This document shows, piece after piece, positions 55,922 through 64,000 of a stretch of DNA of 64,000 nucleotides. The notes beneath the pieces were generated by a model, which ran no database searches, was not told the DNA's origin, and saw only the letters and a program-made list of their open reading frames with translations. This DNA comes from Octopus vulgaris (Eukaryota). Location: contig OX597815.1 of the NCBI GenBank assembly GCA_951406725.2, forward strand, positions 212,412,001-212,476,000, read 5' to 3'. Position 1 is the stretch's first letter. Every line of letters begins with the position of its first letter. Both the position numbers and the translations under genes were made by a program.

Positions 55922-56639
55922 CTAAAGAAAAAAAATTAAATATTTAAATATATATATATATAAGTATTCACATGTGTGTGTGTGTGCACGTAATATGTAA
56001 TATATGTGTGTGTGTGTATACATTTAAATATATATGCATATCAAAAGGTGTGTGTAATTAAATTTATTTAACTATTTAAACAATGACATATAAAGATAAT
56101 TTTATTAAAAGAAGCAAAATAAAAACATTTAAGTAAAACATCGTTAAAAAGGAAAATGATTAAGGAAAGAATTTTTTTTTTTTTGTTTATGAAATTTTTC
56201 ATCAGAATACTGATAAAAGCAAATCACATTTCTCTTACTTTGAAGTATCTATAACTATACTGTACTCCACTGAGTACAACAGACAGTAATACATACGGTA
56301 CAATATAGAATAATGTAACGAAAACCCCTGGGAGCAGGGAACCCATAAAGAAGGAAAGTAAAACAATTTAATATAAAATGTCCACATATTTTTAAACAAT
56401 AGTAATTCTTATTTTGGTACATAGATAGCTATTTATAAGTGATGAAACATATCGATTACATAACCCCCCCCCCCCAGTACATGACTGGTACTTTATTTAA
56501 TCAACCCCGAAAGGATGAAAGACACAGTTGACCTCAGGGGAATTTCAACTCAGAACATAAGCTGGAAGAAATGCTAATAAACATTTTGTCTGATGAAATA
56601 AGGAGTCTACCAGTCTGCCACCTCTTTTAATAATGACAA

Positions 56640-56873
56640 TGATTTCGTTTTGGGATTTGGTTTGCAAGATTCTTTATGTGAGTTCGTGTGTTGAAGCATA
56701 TTATGTTGTGTCTGGGGAGAGTCATTTTCTTTTGGTGCCTTATAATTTAACACACTCACTGGCGAAATTTCCACTTATTTCTTATTTTTATTTTCCTAAA
56801 ATTTTTGTTGCATCTTGCAACCTTTTCAATAGTCTTGAGAGTCAAGAAAATGACTCTCCCCAGACACAACAGA

Positions 56874-56875
<2 letters not shown>
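56640..56875 (-). mobile_element. PLE terminal fragment with 28-bp inverted repeat
   Basis: tgttgtgtctggggagagtcattttctt and its exact inverse bracket the hammerhead. Related fragment at ~3925-3990. Confidence 0.55.
56796..56832 (-). ncRNA. Minimal type I hammerhead motif, U3-A8 variant
   Basis: CUA-UUGAAAA-G-GUUGCA-AGA-UGCAAC-AAAAAUUU-UAG. Perfect 6-bp stem II, palindromic AAUU. G12A fits CpG decay. Confidence 0.55.
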
Positions 56876-56920
<45 letters not shown>

Positions 56921-58059
56921 CCTTTCTCTTACAGGCACATGCCTGAAATTTTGGTAGAAGGGAGTGTGAGGTAACAATTTCTATGTAGTTAGTTAAGCAT
57001 CTAGTCCAGGGTTTCAGAAACTGAATTAAACCCATTTTCCAAATATATTTGACAGTAATAACAAGTTCCACTGCTTCTCCATGGTCATGTGGTTCATCAA
57101 CCAACCTCAGTGGTTGATGAAGAAGCATAAAGGGCAAATGACTTCAAAGAGAAGATCTGAATTTCTTCTTTGTGATGTATTCTAGCTAATCAATTAACTT
57201 GATTGCTAAATGAGGATGCAGGCATGGTTGAGTGGTTCGAAAGTTCATTTTGCAACCATGAATTCCTGAGTTCAATCTCACTACATGGCATTTTGGAAAT
57301 GTGCATGGGTCATAGTCATGATGTCAGGTCAACACTGGTCTTGAAAGTGAACTTCGGTAAACAAAAACTGTGTAGATGCTCACTGAATGAACTGCACCCA
57401 TAATTCAAAGACCAAGCTCTGCTCCACTTGTGACACACCAATTCTGCTTATGAACTATTAAGGTGTAGACATAGGTGCATGGTTAAGAACTTACTACACC
57501 TTGGGCAAGTGTCTTCTATCATCTATAACCCCAGACTGACCAATGCTTTGTGAGTGAATCTGATAGATGGAAACTGTGTGGAAGTCCATCACATGCGAAT
57601 GTGTGTGTGTGTGCGTGCATGCGAGCATGTGCGTAAGTTTCTTTCCTTGTGTTTGTGTTCATCATCCTCATCTTTCGGCAAATGGTTGGTTCGATTACAT
57701 CTCTGTGACTTACCAGTTCAGCAAAAGAGTCAAATAGAATTAGTGCCAGACTTAAAAACTAAGTACTAGGGCTGATCTGTCTCACAAAACCCTTCAAAGC
57801 AGTGTTCCAGCATGGCCACAGTTCAGTAGTCAAAACAAGTGAAAGATAAAAGACAACTGCAAAACGCCCAACCATTTCTCACACTAATCCAATGAGAAGA
57901 CCATCCAGGTGATTGAACACCTATACTCTCTCTCATGTCAAAATCAATATGTGATCCTTTCACTGCTGGGTGATGTCAGAAGAAGTTCTGAACAACCTGT
58001 ACAGATGTTTCCAAGAGAGACAATAACTGGTACTCCATCAGTTACAATTATTAATGTCC

Positions 58060-58310
58060 AATGTCTAAGTGGCTGAGTACTTCACAGACATGCACATGCT
58101 TAATATAGTTCTCAAGGAGATTTAGCATCACACAGAATGTGACATGGCTGACTCTTTGAATTACAGGTACCACTGATTTTTACCAACTGAGTGGACTGGA
58201 GCACCATAAAATGAAGTGTCTTGCTCAAGGACACAACACACCACTGGCTATCAAACTCATGATCTCACAATTGTGAGCCAAATACCCTAAACATTAAACC
58301 ATGCACCTTC
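58060..58310 (-). mobile_element. CORE-like tRNA SINE (other copies ~1900-2072, 20953-21095, 28545-28680, 57215-57460)
   Basis: TGTGTCCTTGAGCAAGACACTT..TGCTCCAGTCCACTCAG core following a tRNA-like head. Confidence 0.7.
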
Positions 58311-58330
58311 ACTAGAGAGACAATAACTAA

Positions 58331-58731
58331 TCTCTCTATATATATAAAGCTGAAGTTGTCTGTGTGTGTGTGGCAGGTTTGGTAGCCTTCAACTAACACT
58401 ATCTCCTCCGAGACCCTGCGGTGCAAGTTGACCAAAATTGAAAGTATGGTAGAAGAAGGCTTGCTCTTCATGCTGTAGATGAAAAACCTTAAATCATACC
58501 ATGTTAACACCAAAAATTATTAACATAAAAAAATAAAAATTTTCTATGAAAATCCCTATTTTTTATGATTTTTTTACTGCTTTGTCGCCATTTTTCGGTG
58601 TATTTCAACCAGAAAAATGTTCGCTTAAAGAGAATAAACAAGCTACACAATGCAAAATTTTTACTTTTCTTCAAAAATTCCAATTCTAAAGGGTCGAAAT
58701 TAACCCGAGCAATGCTGGGCGATACTGCTAG
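58331..58731 (+). mobile_element. Non-autonomous Helitron
   Basis: A|TC..TATATATATAAAGCTGAAGTTG...CCCGAGCAATGCTGGG..CTAG|T. Homologous to 60206-60592. Confidence 0.85.
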
Positions 58732-59561
58732 TATTATATATATATAAACCATACAATCCCTCAAATGCATACACAATTCAAAAACAAGAGATCCATAAAG
58801 GTCAACAGACTTTATCACTAATTCAGGTATGGTAGAAGTTATGAGAAGCTAAGAGACTCCCATTGAATCAGTATTGTGAAAGTAAACAGTGGTAAAACAA
58901 TGGACTAAGTATTTTACTGGTTTCAACCAGCTACAACCAAACTGGATTATCACCATGGCATATCTCTGGTTTATAACTAGTAAAATCTATCTCATGCCTT
59001 TTACAGTTATTTATCATTTCAAATTTTCAGATAAACAAGGAAGAAAATGTTTAAGGGAAATCTAGGAATATAAGGTATCACCACAAAGTAAATTGCACAA
59101 AGATTACTTTTTCAATCTGCAATCAATATATACATTAACTCCTGAAAAGCCACACCTCTCCTCTCTTTCTATCTATCTCTACTCTAATCTAATTCATCTA
59201 TCTATCTCTCTTTCTCGCTAATTCTTTCACTGTCTCATGCATACACACACACCTGTACACAGACATGCTTAAATAGACATTTAAAAATTCCCAGATATAC
59301 TAAATAAAGGTAGTGAGATAATTAAACATCATCACCGCTGCCATTTCTATGCAATTAATATGAAACCTTTGAAACTTTATAATACTTTTGTATCTATTAT
59401 AAACTATTTACTCTAAAGATTGAATTCTGTTTATAAAGATCTTGGGCAATATATCAAATAATAGCTTGCTCTTAATTTGCATAAAACAAAATCAGTGATT
59501 TAGTAGCTTTGATTGGCTAGTTTTGTTCTACACATAACAAACAGCAGGATACTGAACTTAC

Positions 59562-59571
59562 TCTTCCATTC
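59562..59571 (-). CDS. Candidate 10-nt microexon GAATGGAAGA (phase 1 to 2)
   Basis: Long pyrimidine tract ...ttgttccttttttcgaactag| and donor |GTAAGT. Splice signals only. Confidence 0.3.
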
Positions 59572-60000
59572 CTAGTTCGAAAAAAGGAACAATAACAAGA
59601 TAAATAATCAGTAAGTTGGTAGGTAGTCAGAAAAGAAGACTGCACAATGATTAACTTTCTTAAGGAAAACTGATATTTAACGGCAGATGACGGGGGGGTG
59701 GCTGTGAGGACATAGGCAAAAAACAATAAAGCAAAATATTTTCTGAAGAAAAAGACAAACAGAAACACAATATAACAATGGCTCTAAAGCTACCTTGAAA
59801 GATTTGAAGAGAAGAAAATCATCGTTTCTTGAAAAGCTTTAAGGATTTCTAATAGAGAAAAGCTAAATAGATTTGCCAACAGTGAATGTTCATTTTTTTT
59901 TGTTTTTACAAGGTAGACATACATAATTAATGTATAATTTATGTTATAATTATAACAAAGCTTTTGAATATATTGTAATGAACCATATTGTCATTCTTAC

Positions 60001-60096
60001 CAAGATGTATGCCATCTTCCTGATCACATTCAATATCCAGTTGTTCTTCTTTTGCAATATCAATTTCAATTGATTTTAGAAGTTCCATATCGCCAC
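60001..60096 (-). CDS. Internal coding exon (96 nt, phase 1-1): GDMELLKSIEIDIAKEEQLDIECDQEDGIHL
   Basis: Acceptor ttccttccag|GT and donor CTTG|GTAAG. Open acidic frame, phase-compatible with the giant exon. Confidence 0.8.
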
Positions 60097-60205
60097 CTGG
60101 AAGGAATTAAACAGAAACAAAACAAGTTGACACAAAACTGTAAAAGAGGGATTTGGAAACTTGAAACCTTAATAATTTAGCAGAATCAATAAAATTATAT
60201 TACAA

Positions 60206-60592
60206 TCTGTATATATAAAGCTGAAGTTGTCTGTGTGTCGCAGGTTTGGTACCCTTCAACTAACACTATCTCCTCCGAGACCCTGAGGTGTAAGTTGACC
60301 AAAATTGAGAGTATGATAGAAGGCTTGCTCTTCATTCCGTAGAAGATAAAATTAAAATTGGACCATGTCAAAACCAAAAATTATTTACATCAAAAAGGTG
60401 GGTTTTTTCTATGAAAATCCCTATTTTTTACAATTTTTTTACTGCTGTGTCGCCATTTTTCGGTGTATTTCAACCAGAAAAATGTTCACTTAAAGAGAAT
60501 AACAAGCTACATAATGCAAAATTTTTACTTTTCAAAAATTCCAATTCTAAAGGGTTGAAACAAACCTGAGCAACACCGGGTAATACTACTAG
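60206..60592 (+). mobile_element. Non-autonomous Helitron, same family as 58331-58731
   Basis: A|TCTGTATATATAAAGCTGAAGTTG...CCTGAGCAACACCGGG..CTAG|T. Confidence 0.85.
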
Positions 60593-63229
60593 TATATAAT
60601 AAGATCCAATCTACACAAGCATTTATCTCAGCTTGCTAATCACCTTGAAGTAGCCATGGTAGTCAGAAAATTATTGTAAATATGAAGTGATGGCTTAGGC
60701 TATCCAAGTAACAGGTGAACAGTTAAAATGTAAATGGACTTTTTATTTTGTATGATGCAGACTTGGTTGTGTAGTTAGAAGTTTGCTTCCCAACCAAATG
60801 GTTTCAGGTTCAGGCCCACAGTATGGTACTTTGGGAAAGTGTCTTCTACTATAGCACCAAGCTAACCAAAGCTTGGCACTTAGGTTAAAGGATCATTGAC
60901 AGCAGAAATGCTCACACTACTGCCAGAAAGATGGCCTTCATTAAGGAGGTAAAGTGGCCGAAGAAAAGACCCAAGAATAGCACTGGAATTATTTTCCACA
61001 GTACATGACCGGGGAATGGAAGCTGATCTGGAGAAGTAGCAAAAATTTCCATTACAGACCTTATTGAAACCAGATGGGATTTTAGTTTCTAAGACAACAG
61101 GACAACTAATTTTATTGGAGTCAACTGAACCCTGGAAGTAGAGGATGGAGGGGTACAAAAGAGGAAGAGAGCTAAGTATTAGGTGTTGATGAAGAGAACT
61201 GTTACAAAAGTGGGTGGGAGAGCAGGTACTTGCCAATGTGAGCAGTTGAGGCTTTGCAGGTTGTTCTTTGAATAAAGCCTAGAGAACCTGGGCATTAGAA
61301 GAACAATCAGAAGAAGAGTTCTGAGGCTTCTGAGAAACCAACTTGATGGGTCTGCTTGAAAAGAGGTCATCTGTAGTGGATCAGTAGAATGCTACTTGGA
61401 TACAAGCCTAAGGTTGATCAATATAGGTTAGGTCACCCAGATATGTTGTAAGACCTGAAACAGTGACTCCAGGATACAAGACTGAAAATCTGCCCAACTA
61501 TTGCACCTGTAAATGTATGAATAACAATGGAACAGGTGGGCTAAATCGGCGGTATACTCAAATATATACCAAAGCATTTTAAAATGGCAAAACCTCAGAT
61601 ACAAAATTTTATGTAACCTTTTCAATGTCAAAGGAAGAGACATAAACAAGAGACCATGGCACTACAACCAGCCAGGAACAGTCTTCGCTACATTTGCAGT
61701 ACCTGCCAGAGGGAGTGTTTGTCCAGGATAGGACTACACAGCCACAGCAAGAAATGTAACAGGAAATAAAATATAACAGCCGGACTAGACCTAGAAAAAA
61801 AAAAAAAAAAAAATGCGCAACTCCATTGTCTCCCGAGACAGAAAGGATGCCAAACAAAATAGTAATTATTCTAATTTTATATATATGAGTTAATTAAGCA
61901 AGCAAAGCGAGAAGGATCTTACATAAATGATTTCTGGAACTCATTAAATGCGACGGAAATTTATATAGGAATTTATATAAGAAAATTCAATAGAGCTGTA
62001 CTTGGTTTATTTCTCTTATTTCCAACTAAAAAAAACAATTCCCCATTCGTGACTATGTAGGCTCTTTCCTTTCAGGACATATGGAAATTCAATATTTCCT
62101 TGTATTACATTAATGAAAACAATACATTCAAATGTGAACAACCCTTTATAACATGCAACTGTAATTGAACAGTGCTTTATTGACTGACCATAACACATGT
62201 AACCTGAGCTGTTTGTGTTCTCTCTTATTGTAAAGTCAACAATAATGGTTTGATAGTTCAAACAATGAATAATCTATTGCACAACCCTTATAACAACAAA
62301 ATGAAGCTTTGTACTTTGAACCTAGTAGAATATTACCATGTAGACTAGGTTTTAATCCCTGAAATCTCTTGTCAGAAATATAAGGCTTAAACATGCAGTG
62401 TTTGTGATTGACCAAGATCATCATCATAGTTACTGTTGTCATCATCATCATTGTCATTGTCATCATTTAATGTCCATTTTTCAACACTTGCATGGATTAG
62501 ACAGAATTTGTTGAGGTGGATTATTTTCTATAGCCAGATGCTTTTCCTGTCAACAACACTCACCTGTTTCCAAGTAAGGTATTATTTTCCCATGGTCATG
62601 TTTTTTAAGGAAGACTGGAAATAAACAACCTTACTTGCATGATGATGATGATGATGATGATGCTCACAACCATCATCTAATGTCTAGACAAGAGTATGCA
62701 CAAACAGTGACACAAATGCATGCACATGCACACATATATACAATGGGCTTCTTTCATTTTCCATCTACCTAATCCACCCACAAAAGTTTTGGTCAGCCCA
62801 GGGCTATAATAGAAGACATTTGCCCAAGTTACCACCCAGTGGGACTGAACCCAAGACCACATGATTGGGAAGCAAGCTTCTTAACCACACAACCATGCCT
62901 GTGCTTAAGCAGATATCCATATAAAACAGTGGTTCTTAAGTGGCAGCACCATACTGGGAGGGGTGAGCACTGTGAGCTCACAAGGAGGTAGCAAATGTGA
63001 AGAGGGTACTATGGGGTCTTGGGTGTTTAGAAAGGTTATGATTTTTCTTAGGAATAAAATATTTAAATGAAGTACAAAACTTGTATTTCAAACACATTTT
63101 CAAAAACCTTTTTGCGAGACAAAATATGAATAGGACATGGTGTTATCATTGAGCATAAGTGATGATGTTCCAAGATGCAATATACTTTCATTATTTAAAT
63201 TGAAGCTTTTGATGTAAAATAGGAGGATA

Positions 63230-64000
63230 CAGCATCACATAATGTGGAGGACAACTGGAGGTTCCTATGGGACAACCTGTTGGGGGTTACTGACCAGATC
63301 TATGGCTGGTGCTAAGTCCCCTCTCAACATGAGGTGACAACTGGTGGAACAATTTTTAGGGAAAAGTAACAGGCATGGAATTGATTGAAAGTGTGGTGGT
63401 AGCAGGGAACTGTATCAGATAGCCAGAAGGGAAGCTAGGAGACAGGTTTACTTCGCCAGAGGGGAAGCAGATAGGAAAGAAATTTGCCAATGCTCTCTGT
63501 CATGAGGACCAGAGACTTGAAGAGTTTCAAATTGCAAGACTTTGTGTGAGAGAAAATTGTGGTCATAGGAGAGAAATGTGTCCACATTGATGATGGTTCA
63601 CTTACATTTAATGATGCTCCAAAGAGAGAGGCTTGGAGATACCACTATGAAAGGTTGCTAAATGAAGAGAATGAATGGGAGAAAGAGAGTCTGCCTCTTG
63701 TCGACCCAACAGAGGGACCAGCTATCCGAATTCACAGTAGCTTGGTACATAAAGCAATTGAGGATATGAAGACAGGGAAAGCCCCCGCTCATCAGGAATA
63801 ACCGCTGAGATGCTTAAAATATCTGGTGGTGTAGGTAGGCTAAAGTCTAGACCCCCGTATAGTTAACCACATGATACACAAAGGAGTCATACCTAATGAC
63901 TGGTGTAACAGCACCATAGTCAGAGGTAAAGGTGACACCTTAGATAGAAATAATTACAGAGGTATCAAATTTTTGGATCAGGTGATGAAAATCATGAAGA
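63230..64000 (+). mobile_element. Degenerate RTE-clade LINE fragment (pre-RT region and RT start), running off the window
   Basis: EAWRYHYERLLNEENEW..KAIEDMKTGKAP, ITAEMLK, IPNDW, KGDTLDRNNYRGIKFLDQVMK. Confidence 0.85.

Noticed and set aside
60880-61800. GC-richer stretch with 60-118 aa ORFs (similar at 3080-3350 and 20330-20760)
   Set aside because: Looks like very decayed CR1/L2-type LINE sequence. Too degenerate to call as a gene or classify by eye.

Overview
AT-rich, microsatellite- and repeat-dense eukaryotic DNA. The dominant tRNA-derived SINE families resemble those I recognise from Octopus, so the organism call is an inference. The window appears to lie inside one large minus-strand protein-coding gene that I cannot name. 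Two exons are well supported: a 96-nt acidic exon (60001-60096) and a 2355-nt phase 1-1 exon (53567-55921) encoding about 785 aa of acidic, Ser/Thr/Pro-rich, probably disordered sequence. Several tiny candidate exons and alternative first exons follow, with weak support. The introns hold many SINEs, non-autonomous Helitrons, mariner- and piggyBac-like MITEs, RTE and CR1-like LINE fragments, and Penelope-like element (PLE) remnants. The most interesting signal is a set of minimal type I hammerhead ribozyme motifs in the PLE remnants, showing three versions of the core 3-8 pair (C3-G8, G3-C8, U3-A8). One decayed near-full-length PLE carries a hammerhead at each end. Almost all other ORFs in the track are repeat or microsatellite artefacts. 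Everything was read by eye, and repeat boundaries are approximate unless termini are quoted.
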